From: Thermoplasmata archaeon
Lineage (GTDB): Archaea; Thermoplasmatota; JASEFT01; JBBABA01
DNA length: 64,000 nucleotides
Assembly: GCA_041657955.1 (NCBI GenBank)
Contig: JBBABA010000007.1
Coordinates: 27,117-91,116 of the forward strand
Direction of reading: 5' to 3'
This document shows positions 39,301 to 47,973 of the stretch, one piece after another (the stretch's first letter is position 1; each line of letters opens with the position of its first letter). The notes beneath the pieces were generated by a model. It made no database searches. It saw only the letters and a program-made list of their open reading frames with translations, and was not told the DNA's origin. Made by a program: the position numbers and the translations under genes.

Positions 39301-40744
39301 CATTATAGATTCCGTTGAGATACCAACCAGCAACAATAGAACATATCACCACGATTTGCCGTTTTATAGAGGGATGTCGATAACTGGCAAGGTATCTTAT
39401 TGCAACACCACTGGAGCAACAATAGACATGCCAAGCGGGGAGATAGCATTTAAAAAAGGTGACACTTCGCTGAAGATCGCTGTAGCGCGCGGAACATATG
39501 ATACCGTGTTGCCGATGGGCGAATACGCTGCATCTGTGTCTCATACATCTCGGGAATTTAACATAGATATGCCGTACAATGTGGAGAAGAAATTAAATGT
39601 AACCGAGCAGCAAACTGCGTACAATCTTGAGCTCTCTAAAGAAAAGAAGTATACATTTGAACTAACGGCCTCAAATCCAGCACAAACAACCTCGCAGGGT
39701 GCCTCTATCCAATATAACATTATTGTGGAGAATACGGGAAACGAAAATAACAATATCTCGCTTGAATGCGCATATGTGGGTTGGGAAATCTCAATAGATA
39801 ACAGCGCGTTAGAACTAAAAATCGGGGAGTCGAAAAACACTACGATTCGTGTTCACACATCATCAGACGCTACAAGCACCGATCCGCACCAGATACAAGT
39901 AACAGGGAAGTCCCGGATAAACACCGGAGTTACGGACACCCTATCTTTGACGACAAATATAAAGCAGGTTTATGGTGTAGAAATAACTACATTGAACCCC
40001 AAACAAAGCATATTGCCGAATACGTCAGCAACATATACATTTACGATAACTAACGATGGCAACGGTTTAGATACGTTCTCGCTATTTAACTCCACACTAC
40101 CAGATGGCTGGACAGTGAACTTCAATAGAACGTCTATAGACATTGGTCCGAAAGGCAGCGGTGAAATATCGGCTACTGTTGAAAACACCGTAGGTGCAGG
40201 GAACAGCACAGTTTTGACAATATACGCGTTTTCTAAAGACAACGTGACCTCGGCTCAAGTGAACATCACGACAAATGCCAAGACCGCCAGTGTAACTGCC
40301 AGAGCAAGCGATATCACTTTCCAGAATGCGGATTTAAGAGAAGGCGGGCAAATAACGATAAATGCAACGGTTCTTAACAGCGAGGTCCCGCTTAAAGATA
40401 CAATCATAGAATTCTATATTGCTGGAAGATATATAGGAAACGAAACGCTCTTTAGATTAGACGAGAATGAAATAAGAAATGTGAGCGTAACACTAAACGT
40501 TTCAAGCGGAGAATGGAATAAAACGATCCTGAGAGAATCTGAATATCCGGTCACGTTGAGAATTGCGGACCTGCAGAACAACACAATTGCCATGAGTGAT
40601 GGCGCGAAGATGCTGTTTGTCGGAGTGAAAGTAGAACAGGTATTCAACTGGAAACCGATCATATTCGTTGTTGGAATCGTGGTGGCAACCCTACTTGTTC
40701 TGATGATTCTCCGGGTTATAGCGAAAAGAAAGGGAAGGATCTGA
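33395..40744 (+). CDS. aglB: Archaeal oligosaccharyltransferase AglB (STT3 family) with a ~1,500-aa C-terminal extension
   Basis: Polytopic N-terminal half. WWDYG motif at nt 35168-35182 (SWWDYGFEAAQSGKHPTAADNFQ). From ~36200 come CarboxypepD_reg/SdrD-B-like repeats (GSIKTEGGMPIPNVRVTVFDE..., GTTFFDKNNNGMSDSGEE...). NEW3/CARDB-like domains follow at ~39650-40500. The C-terminal TM is IIFVVGIVVATLLVLMIL plus KRKGRI. Confidence 0.85.
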   Translation: MMLMNEENKKPVISYNNLKSLWLNENFRIGILLICIFILALFLRTYFVVGPSTAGFDVSGGSDTFYYKRTIDYAQTNHRQLTWDPLLNYPSGSINPRPPFYTWTTVVLGDVLTPVTSPLLGWDEYTTTFYMFMLMPALFGALTVIPLYYLGRDMFGKKAGLIAAFFLAITPGHLERSTFAFSDHDSFLLFFTVCGFFFYLRSLEKLGDEYWVRDWKSPTSIFTGLKYFLKRNKIAIGYAAMAGMSFGAVSLGWQGFTYVFAIIFIYYVVQILTNHARRVDSLGIAVCTAISLAIPLFISIPPYNATGLALTEWGLLPGFIILLAVICAAFILVPTRDFPLILVIGVTAFITAMALLILTFVIPSIGNMLFTGAGYFIKNKLYSTIAEAQPGDFSRLVFSYGPITFYLALIAIVFAVLRTYKTWKSADVFATVWAIVSIYMALSAVRFMFNASPVFAVLAGYGLWEIMRRLDFHTVWKNIKAAKGERLHTFRREVKSLHILGVLFVAFLVLYPNLWYAFDASIPFEKKKEYDQKIYDITPAFLRPEGYEGGGLWYLGSFGPSFSSEYWIDGYKWLSEQDNDVPAEMRPAFVSWWDYGFEAAQSGKHPTAADNFQAGYQFAGNVITSQNESMTVSMFIIRLLEGGSAWENNVSSGRFSKEIRDVLVNRLGNERTNKLEKIMTGTSEIVDMVNNDPGKYEIFNPDTNEYSGHSDLTYFNARYLVGRALLEELNDESLVSLYHDVRDVMGKSIRYFAIDSRLFPFSATNTGIFYAPVKLADYRIIDGQPIDFIETKVETESGTIMTIEDASEMAQKDSTFRIKDYVLEYKRSFYNSMLYRTYIGYSGYDLGMGDQGVPAIAPKGEFANNDQFYPMQGWMMKHFKLAYKTAYWNPYNRSVVEQYQNAWVLMSYDKAIENQKTFGGTITTSLYSAVMFLKYYDGAFINGSIKTEGGMPIPNVRVTVFDEYETPHDTVLTNESGFYSILAPYGNTTLRVSSGGSLDQLFQIEKTVLNTTNIIISDAQAMRENIDNDRDGTYDYNIRNDITLKSIKLTVETRIDNAVTDKTAIITLESPSPVQTKSVNTVNGVAVFSDVAPSTYDITAKFGNHTSMPFEATFTPTDADAPQTRTINVNGSVIGGFVKLSDGTTKDSIRLSLYDEDDKTKKETTSGSDGAYTFSGLLPGNYTLSVKEPGFLPFTKLYTFTGTAITEDGEETDREIRLDENVSLIQRIVVNGSISGITQDGIAVPLTNAMMRFDNMDGGISVTSISNESGAYTVELPNGNFTVYSKYDYAYWKLESKTSDTFVHLSRLNTGDLEKTDFYYNITASNSKHISKVDGTVYADLNDNGINEASEIVTDTCVTFTSMDNASLNLPTNANGSYRTYIPQGRYFVNATYYDYAAMNDSVYAYADIININEKAMELPPIVLRKAAKVSGMLYWDHNNDSEYNIGEELSDTTILFWNNKCSIKTMSSDNGSYQIFLPRGNEYNITGVYYNVMDRTDIVSDNDKVADISLEPKNITVTTRVYYDSNNNGVFDNNEVPIDNILLNFEGIGAYTKSVYNITTVSGKCNVSLIPGKYRIINSTNIENKTYYSYSIDVNIDIGNKPIAIEVSAEKLVYVNVSAFVENTGEYVSAQVEFAVKGNRGENKTFVATNGSYSGYIRAGEYNVWSEYVNQTDNKHYVSLFKTVINNEPSIAITLVEGMRILASATYINAIGLATNVGETDIPVKFTKIDDKAIRTISLGNLGAGSVYLPPTEYMLNIDYSKDEGSGPTVNAKYSYYKPEENIPSPSISVTSYNLSIPLNKTVRAYGTTFFDKNNNGMSDSGEEQSNVRVTFFGNKGGTYECTTDTSGQYNFYAPFDVYRVKVEKIGFEEEPVVGSVAITPGNVMNNISIVQIEPLLNGIAYYDDARDGIYNGTEQKVYMTKLEFVGERNTSAPLDTITSDGYHGIKLSPGKYTVYAVGYDTAQNIYSIIDSVEIPTSNNRTYHHDLPFYRGMSITGKVSYCNTTGATIDMPSGEIAFKKGDTSLKIAVARGTYDTVLPMGEYAASVSHTSREFNIDMPYNVEKKLNVTEQQTAYNLELSKEKKYTFELTASNPAQTTSQGASIQYNIIVENTGNENNNISLECAYVGWEISIDNSALELKIGESKNTTIRVHTSSDATSTDPHQIQVTGKSRINTGVTDTLSLTTNIKQVYGVEITTLNPKQSILPNTSATYTFTITNDGNGLDTFSLFNSTLPDGWTVNFNRTSIDIGPKGSGEISATVENTVGAGNSTVLTIYAFSKDNVTSAQVNITTNAKTASVTARASDITFQNADLREGGQITINATVLNSEVPLKDTIIEFYIAGRYIGNETLFRLDENEIRNVSVTLNVSSGEWNKTILRESEYPVTLRIADLQNNTIAMSDGAKMLFVGVKVEQVFNWKPIIFVVGIVVATLLVLMILRVIAKRKGRI

Positions 40745-40755
40745 GTTTTTAGGGG

Positions 40756-41328
40756 TTACGCCCTTCCGTGTGATTCTCCAATTTTTATTCCTGCCGCAAT
40801 AAGGTGCGCAATCCGTATCGGCTCAGGCATAACGCCCCGTAAGGTCGTGATGTCCATGACCTCCTTAACCTCGGATAATTTCAAGCCGACATAATTTACA
40901 TAAAGATTGCTGCGCCCTCTTTTTATCTGCACGATTTCCTTGGATATTATTACATTCCATCTTCTATTCCAGTCTGTAAACTTTTGTTTAAGCACCTTTT
41001 TCATAGAATTTAAATCTGGTTTTTTACGGGTTATAGTAATGACTGGAATATTTAAATCGCCATATAATTTTTGTATATCAATTACGTTGAAGCCACCGAA
41101 TGCGATGCCGTCTATCATTATTGTTTTTATTTGCTCCTTGTATCGCGAAGCTTTTATCATCTCGATTAATTTGTCTGTAGCGTCCCTGCCATCTACCTCG
41201 ACTTTAGTTTTTAAAACAGCATCCATGTAAAAATTGCCGCGAAGGAGAACTGCAACGACCTCGGTTGTTTTATCCGTAAATTTGAACGGGGCATCGTCTA
41301 TTCCGAGCGTACGGATTTGGGATTTCAT
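40756..41328 (-). CDS. DUF99 / UPF0215 family protein
   Basis: LGIDDAPF...VVAVLLRG..YMDAVL..KVEVDGRDATDKL...IMIDGIAFGGFNVIDI is typical of archaeal DUF99. Confidence 0.7.
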   Translation of the reverse strand: MKSQIRTLGIDDAPFKFTDKTTEVVAVLLRGNFYMDAVLKTKVEVDGRDATDKLIEMIKASRYKEQIKTIMIDGIAFGGFNVIDIQKLYGDLNIPVITITRKKPDLNSMKKVLKQKFTDWNRRWNVIISKEIVQIKRGRSNLYVNYVGLKLSEVKEVMDITTLRGVMPEPIRIAHLIAAGIKIGESHGRA

Positions 41329-41370
41329 GGAAAATTGTATAGGTTGTATTACATAATAGATTTTATGAGA

Positions 41371-41733
41371 TTATACAAGGGACAGCTTTCCAGTAATACT
41401 ATCAATCATTGCATTAGATGCTGGTCCTATCCCAAGGCATGTAATTGTTCCTGCCGGGACTTCCGTTAAGCCGGCATCCGTTATAAGCGACGTTGTTAAA
41501 TCTTTATTCTCCGCCAGCGTTTTAAGTTCGTAGAGTTCTTCTAAATTCAGTGCTTTCACGACAACCTTGCGCTGCCCCTCATTGTACCATTTCTTGAACA
41601 CATCTGTATCGTTCTTCTTTGCGGAAAGTGCACAATTTACTGCCGCATGCGCCACCTGGACCGCTAATTTGCCTTGTGAAAGTTTTAAATCGCCTCTTAC
41701 CACTACAACTATCTTATATTCCACATTGTTCAC
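41371..41733 (-). CDS. pth2: Peptidyl-tRNA hydrolase, archaeal type (Pth2)
   Basis: KIVVVVRGDLKLSQGKLAVQVAHAAV...TDAGLTEVPAGTITCLGIGP. Its start overlaps the cdc6 stop by 20 nt. Confidence 0.9.
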   Translation of the reverse strand: MNNVEYKIVVVVRGDLKLSQGKLAVQVAHAAVNCALSAKKNDTDVFKKWYNEGQRKVVVKALNLEELYELKTLAENKDLTTSLITDAGLTEVPAGTITCLGIGPASNAMIDSITGKLSLV

Positions 41734-42904
41734 CCTTTCCTTCTTTTAACATCTCCACTAAATTTCTTTCTAAATTCAAAACTGGAATGTCAAGTATAGA
41801 AATGACTGTGGTGTGCCCTGCGATGCCTTTTCCTGATTCCTTGGCGCTGATTATGCCGACCGCATCCAAATCGGTTATGTATTTCCAAAATTGTGTATGC
41901 CCTCGTTTTTCTGTATTATACTCCTCACACACCAATTCATATGCCTTTTCCGCCTCTCCGGTTGTCGTGTATGCCTTGTTCTTTAAACTGCGGGATATTG
42001 CCAGAAGTACCAATTTTTTATTTATGTCGAGTTCTCTTATTTTTTCCTCGGTAATCGTCGAATGTGTTTCCGCTCTCGCTCTTCTCACATGCTCGGGTGT
42101 CATAATATCCTTTCCTTCTTCATCTGCCAGCATTCCAGACTTTTCCAATAACTCTATAGCAAACCTTGCGTCGCCGTATTCGGAGGCGGCCTCTGATATG
42201 AGAGAACTTATATCGTTGTCTGCAACGCCCGGATGTAGTGCCAATTCCACGCGTTTTTGGATGATATCGCATAGCTCTGGCTGCGAATATTTGTTCAATT
42301 CTATAACGTTTGTCCGCTTAAATGTGCTCAATGTAGCGGAGTCCAGCAGGTCTAAAACATTTTTTTGGGATATTGCTATTAAAGATATGGATCCCTTTGG
42401 CACAGAGCTTTCAGCGTCAAAACGGGTTAAGGCATAGATAAGGTCGGACTTAGACTTCTTAATCAGAACATCGAACTCGTCCAGGATTATTATCAACTGT
42501 GCTTTCTCTTTGACTATGTGCTTTTGCAGGGATTCGAGCATTTCTGTTATGGAAAATCCCCTGTCTGGAAAATTCGGGGCAAAATGATTCAATATTTTTA
42601 ATATAACCGCATTTTCAGTCGGCCTTCTCCTGCAGTTCACCTCGACGTATTGAACGTTCTTCCCATTTTCCCTCGAAAATTTTTGAAAACTCGAACAGAG
42701 GTATTTGGCCAAAACAGTTTTCCCGGTTCCGACGCTGCCAGTTATCAAAACGTTCTGCGAGACATTGCCGAAGAGCAATGCCGTGAATGTTCCAATCAGC
42801 CTTTGAATCTCTTTTTCCCTATGGGGCAGTTCTTCGGGCACATAGTCGAAAGAGAGTTTGCCAATGTCCTTGAAGACGCTTTTGCCGAAATGCGGGCTTT
42901 GCAT
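41714..42904 (-). CDS. cdc6: Orc1/Cdc6 replication initiator
   Basis: LSFDYVPEELPHREKEIQ, Walker A GSVGTGKT, DEFD Walker B and a C-terminal winged helix. The track ORF extends to 42982. I prefer the internal ATG at 42904 (MQSPHFGK...) because a TATA-like box (42926-42934, minus strand CTTTTAATA) sits ~26 nt upstream. Confidence 0.85.
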   Translation of the reverse strand: MQSPHFGKSVFKDIGKLSFDYVPEELPHREKEIQRLIGTFTALLFGNVSQNVLITGSVGTGKTVLAKYLCSSFQKFSRENGKNVQYVEVNCRRRPTENAVILKILNHFAPNFPDRGFSITEMLESLQKHIVKEKAQLIIILDEFDVLIKKSKSDLIYALTRFDAESSVPKGSISLIAISQKNVLDLLDSATLSTFKRTNVIELNKYSQPELCDIIQKRVELALHPGVADNDISSLISEAASEYGDARFAIELLEKSGMLADEEGKDIMTPEHVRRARAETHSTITEEKIRELDINKKLVLLAISRSLKNKAYTTTGEAEKAYELVCEEYNTEKRGHTQFWKYITDLDAVGIISAKESGKGIAGHTTVISILDIPVLNLERNLVEMLKEGKGEQCGI

Positions 42905-43075
42905 ATGACCGGATATGGGATGGCGTATTAAAAGAAAAATGTTGTTATGTGTGAGGAGGCGACTGCCACCAAGATAAAGCATGTATTCGATTATGCTGGC
43001 GAACGGCGCAGACTAGGTTAAATTGACAGTCACCGTAAGAAGAACAAATATAATAGCACACAGCTATTTTCCCCC

Positions 43076-43831
43076 GTGCAATTCCAACCCATATACAACC
43101 AACCAGCAATGCTAATCAAAAATAACGAGATCGTTCTCGTTCTCGCGGACCTGCATTTGGGAATAGAATATGAGTTCTCGTTAAAAGGAGTGAATATACC
43201 GTCCCAAACCGAGAGCGTCCTTAAGAATGTTCTAGATCTTTGCATTACACATTCGGTTGACAGGCTGATATTACTGGGCGACGTGAAGCATACTGTCCCA
43301 GGCGCCTCTAGCCGAGAGTTAAGTGAAATTCGCTATTTTCTCAAAAAGCTTTCAGACAATGTAAAGGCGATAGATGTCGTGCCTGGAAATCACGATGGCG
43401 GCCTAAAGAGATTGATACAGCCAAACATAACTTTTCATAATTCGAGCGGGTTTGCCTTGGAAGATTTTGGTTTTGCCCACGGCCATGCATGGCCCAGCAA
43501 AGACGTTATGGATTGTAAACGTGTTTTTATCGGGCATAACCACCTCAGCGTAATGTTTGTCGGCGAGTTCGGCAAAAGAACGTGCGAACCTTGCTGGCTC
43601 CGAACAAAGCTCGATTTAAGCAAAAGCAAAAAGAGGTATCCTGACGCAAATCCTGAAATGATAATCGTGCCGTCCATGTGCAGATTTGGCAGCGGGAGCA
43701 TAGTAAATCTTCCAGGCGTAAAATTTCTCGGGCCGCTATTTCATAACGGCATGATCGATATAGAAAACGGTGCAGCGTATTTATTGAACGGGGCGTTCCT
43801 GGGAAAGGTCGGAGACTTAAGAGTCATCTGA
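43076..43831 (+). CDS. Calcineurin-like metallophosphoesterase (MJ0037-type)
   Basis: VLADLHLG, LLGDVKH, VPGNHDG and GFAHGH motifs. GTG start at 43076, ~26 nt after TATA-like aaatataata. Alternative ATG at 43109. Confidence 0.7.
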   Translation: MQFQPIYNQPAMLIKNNEIVLVLADLHLGIEYEFSLKGVNIPSQTESVLKNVLDLCITHSVDRLILLGDVKHTVPGASSRELSEIRYFLKKLSDNVKAIDVVPGNHDGGLKRLIQPNITFHNSSGFALEDFGFAHGHAWPSKDVMDCKRVFIGHNHLSVMFVGEFGKRTCEPCWLRTKLDLSKSKKRYPDANPEMIIVPSMCRFGSGSIVNLPGVKFLGPLFHNGMIDIENGAAYLLNGAFLGKVGDLRVI

Positions 43832-43929
43832 TAAACATCGAGAAGTCTGGAAAAATGTTTGATTGACCCTTCACACCTCCACAAAACTATTTTATATGCC
43901 ATAATTATACTTGCATTCGCATCGTTATT

Positions 43930-45204
43930 GTGTGTGTCTCTATGAGTGTTGATATTTTTATCAAGAATGCGGGCGAACTAATTACATTGAGAGGAAAAAA
44001 CTGCCCAAGAACCGGAAAAGAGATGAGAAATTTAGGAATAATACCTGATGGTGCAGTAATTATATCGGGTGGGAAAATCGTCTCTGTAGGGGAAACAAAG
44101 GAATTGGAGAAACAAGCCAAAAGAATGGATAAAATAAAAACCATAGATGCAGGCAACAAGGTTGTTATGCCTGGATTCGTGGACCCGCATACACATCTGA
44201 TTTTCGCAGGATCGAGAGAGCACGAACTTGAATTGAAGTTAGAGGGCGCCACATACACGGAGATATTAAAGAAAGGCGGCGGGATATTGAATACGGTTAA
44301 AGCGACGAGGAGAGCAAGCAAAAGAGAGCTGATATCGTCCGCGATATCGCGGCTGGATACGATGCTGGAATTTGGCACGACCACTGCCGAAGCAAAAAGC
44401 GGATACGGGCTTACAGTAAAGGACGAAATAAAAATGCTGGAAGCGGTGAGGGAAATCGGGCATCCCATAGACGTTGTCCCGACGTTCATGGGCGCCCATG
44501 CAGTTCCGCCGGAATACGCGGGAAAAGAAGATGTTTATGTTGATTTGATAATCGACAAGATGCTCCCGGAAATCGCAAAGAGAAACCTTGCAGAATTCTG
44601 CGATGTGTTCTGCGAAAAGGGAGTGTTCACCGCCGAACAATCCAGAAGGTTGTTAAAAGCTGCTAAAAAATACAAACTTATCCCGAAAATTCATGCGGAT
44701 GAGATGGTTGATACCGGCGGCGCGGCACTTGCCGCAGAGGTCGGCGCAATATCCGCAGAACACCTCCTCAAGTCGTCCCAGAAAGGCCTGGATGCAATGG
44801 CAAAGAAGAAAGTCATCGCGACGCTGCTGCCCGCAAGCGTATTTACATTGATGCTGGACGCACACGCTGATGCGAGATATATGATCGAAAAAGGAATACC
44901 TGTCGCATTAGGCACAGACCTATGCCCGAATTGCTGGAATGAATCGATGCAGACGATAATCTCGATGGCTTGCTATAAGATGAAAATGCTTCCTTCTGAG
45001 GCGATAACTGCTGCAACCATTAATGCCGCATATGCGATTAATAGAGGAAAAAACGTTGGGAGTATAGAGATTGACAAGAAAGCGGATATTATAGTTTTAA
45101 ATGTGCCTAATTATAAACAAATACCATATCGTTTTGGGATAAATCTAGTGGATAAAGTAATAAAGAACGGCAGATTAGTGGTAGAGAACGGAAAGATTTT
45201 GTAA
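43930..45204 (+). CDS. hutI: Imidazolonepropionase-like amidohydrolase
   Basis: PGFVDPHTHLIFAGSREHE...GATYTEILKKGGGILNTVKATR...KIHADE...GTDLCP. The start is ambiguous (GTG 43930 or ATG 43942). Confidence 0.75.
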   Translation: MCVSMSVDIFIKNAGELITLRGKNCPRTGKEMRNLGIIPDGAVIISGGKIVSVGETKELEKQAKRMDKIKTIDAGNKVVMPGFVDPHTHLIFAGSREHELELKLEGATYTEILKKGGGILNTVKATRRASKRELISSAISRLDTMLEFGTTTAEAKSGYGLTVKDEIKMLEAVREIGHPIDVVPTFMGAHAVPPEYAGKEDVYVDLIIDKMLPEIAKRNLAEFCDVFCEKGVFTAEQSRRLLKAAKKYKLIPKIHADEMVDTGGAALAAEVGAISAEHLLKSSQKGLDAMAKKKVIATLLPASVFTLMLDAHADARYMIEKGIPVALGTDLCPNCWNESMQTIISMACYKMKMLPSEAITAATINAAYAINRGKNVGSIEIDKKADIIVLNVPNYKQIPYRFGINLVDKVIKNGRLVVENGKIL

Positions 45205-45209
45205 TGTGA

Positions 45210-45644
45210 TTATTTCTTTCCTATCTCTCTGATTTTTCTGTGCATTTTCACAACGCTTTCCACTGCTGCCTTTGCTCTATCTATCCTGTCCTCTGCCTGC
45301 AAACGGCTCATGCCCGGCCCGGTAATTCCGAGGGCAACTGGTTTTTCAAACTCTACTGAAAGGTCGGTTATTTTTCTCGACACGTGCTGAATTACGATTT
45401 CGTCGTGCGCGGTTTCTCCCTCGATTACTGCACCCAGCGTAACAACACCGTCTACGTCCTTTCGTTTTAGCAGTCCCTTGATAGCAAGCGGCATGTCGAA
45501 GACTCCTGGCACACTGACAACGTGCGACACCTTCGCTCCGAGGAATTCTGCATGAACCTTTGCCTGCTCGAGCATCATCGTAGTAATGTCAAAATTGAAC
45601 TCAGATACTACGATTGCTATATTCATGTTGTTTTCCTTACTCAT
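45210..45644 (-). CDS. ribH: 6,7-dimethyl-8-ribityllumazine synthase
   Basis: NIAIVVSEFNFDITTMMLE...VPGVFDMPLA...DGVVTLGAVIEGETAHDE. Confidence 0.85.
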   Translation of the reverse strand: MSKENNMNIAIVVSEFNFDITTMMLEQAKVHAEFLGAKVSHVVSVPGVFDMPLAIKGLLKRKDVDGVVTLGAVIEGETAHDEIVIQHVSRKITDLSVEFEKPVALGITGPGMSRLQAEDRIDRAKAAVESVVKMHRKIREIGKK

Positions 45645-45687
45645 CTGTTTTCACCTCCTTTTATTTTTAATCCAAATGCTATCTCCA

Positions 45688-46616
<929 letters not shown>

Positions 46617-46633
<17 letters not shown>

Positions 46634-47333
46634 CCTTGTTTTTATTCCACCATTCGATTATTTCTCTTCCTTCGAGGAATACAAGATTATTCCTCTCGCT
46701 GTATTTAATGGCATCTGTTTTTGAAAGTGATTTCCCGTTTTCGCCTAGCATTTCGCATATCGCGGCGGTTGGTATTAATCCTGCACCGACTGCCATAGCC
46801 GTTGCAAGTTCCGTATGCCCTTTTCTTTTCGACAATAATCCACCCGAAGCGTTTAGAATGTGTATGTGGCCCGGCGACCTGAATCTCTTGCCGAATGTTT
46901 CCTGGGCTTTTTTCCTATTCATGTCCTTTATCTCGCCTGCCGTTTGGGCAAATTCGCGTATCGTAAGCGCGCGGTCGTGATCTGATATTCCAGTAAATGT
47001 TTTTCTGTGATTTATTGTTAATGAAAACGAAGACTTCGCATCATATGGTATGTCGTTTGGTATCAATTTCTTCAACACCGTGTATTGTGTGTTTGCAGAG
47101 CTGAACAAGTCGGTAAGATACGGCAATTCCAATTTGCTCCAGATGTTTTCGTGTGCAGTAATACATATGAGGCCTCCGCCATCGGTTCGCATCTTTTTGA
47201 TATGTTCCGTTGTAACAAACTGCGAGGCTATGACCAGATCGGTCTCCTCTTCCCGCCCTTCAGCATCGTATATCATGATAATTTCGCCCTTCTGTAATTT
47301 CTCGATGGCCTTCCCCGCTCTATCCGACATCAT
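46617..47333 (-). CDS. ribB: 3,4-dihydroxy-2-butanone-4-phosphate synthase
   Basis: GEIIMIYDAEGREEETDLVIASQFVT...DGGGLIC...SFSLTINHRKTFTGISDHDRA...FRSPGHIHIL. TATA-like ataaattaatataaac lies ~27 nt upstream (minus strand, ~47354-47369). Confidence 0.9.
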
Positions 47334-47451
47334 ACAAGCTGAAATTGGGCACGTTTATATTAATTTATGGTATATACCAAAAAAATTGTATGTCTATCCA
47401 AATTCCTTATCAAATTTAGGTATATCCACTTAAACTTTATAAAGTGGAACT

Positions 47452-47973
47452 ATGTATATCTGTCATGTGAACAGGATCAAAGTAATAAATGAACCTACGG
47501 AATTGGTTTCGATATTCACTGCTTTGAATACCAAAATCAAAAAAGAAGTTTTTGAGGAGCTTTCAAAAGACTGGTGCACTATTCAAGATGTTGAAAAAAA
47601 GTTTGGGGCAGAAGGGAAAAATGTACTTCAAATGCTGGAGAAGATGAAGATGCTGGAAGTACATTGGCAATGTAATAGTGACAAGAAGTCGGAAAAAACG
47701 TACCGCTCAAATTTTTCTTCATTTTACATCAGCACCGCCTGCGGAGTAGATGACATATCCGGCGTATTCGATGTAATTAATACGCCAGATGACGTATTTA
47801 TGAAATTGGAAAAGAAGATTATAGAGATGGTTGGTGATGGTGGGAAGTTTATAGGCGACATCATAGAACAATGCGACATCTCGTTATTAAAACTCAAATG
47901 TGTCGTCAGAAGATCGGCACACCTGGAGATAAAGGGGCAGCATGTAGAGAAAATAAACAGTGAAAACAAATAA
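47452..47973 (+). CDS. Putative winged-helix (ArsR-like) protein
   Basis: The N-terminal ~70 aa look wHTH-like (ELVSIFTALNTKIKKEVFEELSKDWCTIQDVEKKFG...VLQMLEKMKMLEV). The TATA-like ctttataaa at 47435-47443 suggests the real start may be the in-frame GTG at 47467. Confidence 0.4.
   Translation: MYICHVNRIKVINEPTELVSIFTALNTKIKKEVFEELSKDWCTIQDVEKKFGAEGKNVLQMLEKMKMLEVHWQCNSDKKSEKTYRSNFSSFYISTACGVDDISGVFDVINTPDDVFMKLEKKIIEMVGDGGKFIGDIIEQCDISLLKLKCVVRRSAHLEIKGQHVEKINSENK

Noticed and set aside
41619-42437. 272-aa plus-strand ORF
   Set aside because: Antisense to the well-supported orc1/cdc6 gene, with no domain signature.
43905-44489. 194-aa minus-strand ORF
   Set aside because: Antisense to the hutI-like gene. 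Ser/Pro/Ile-rich shadow translation.
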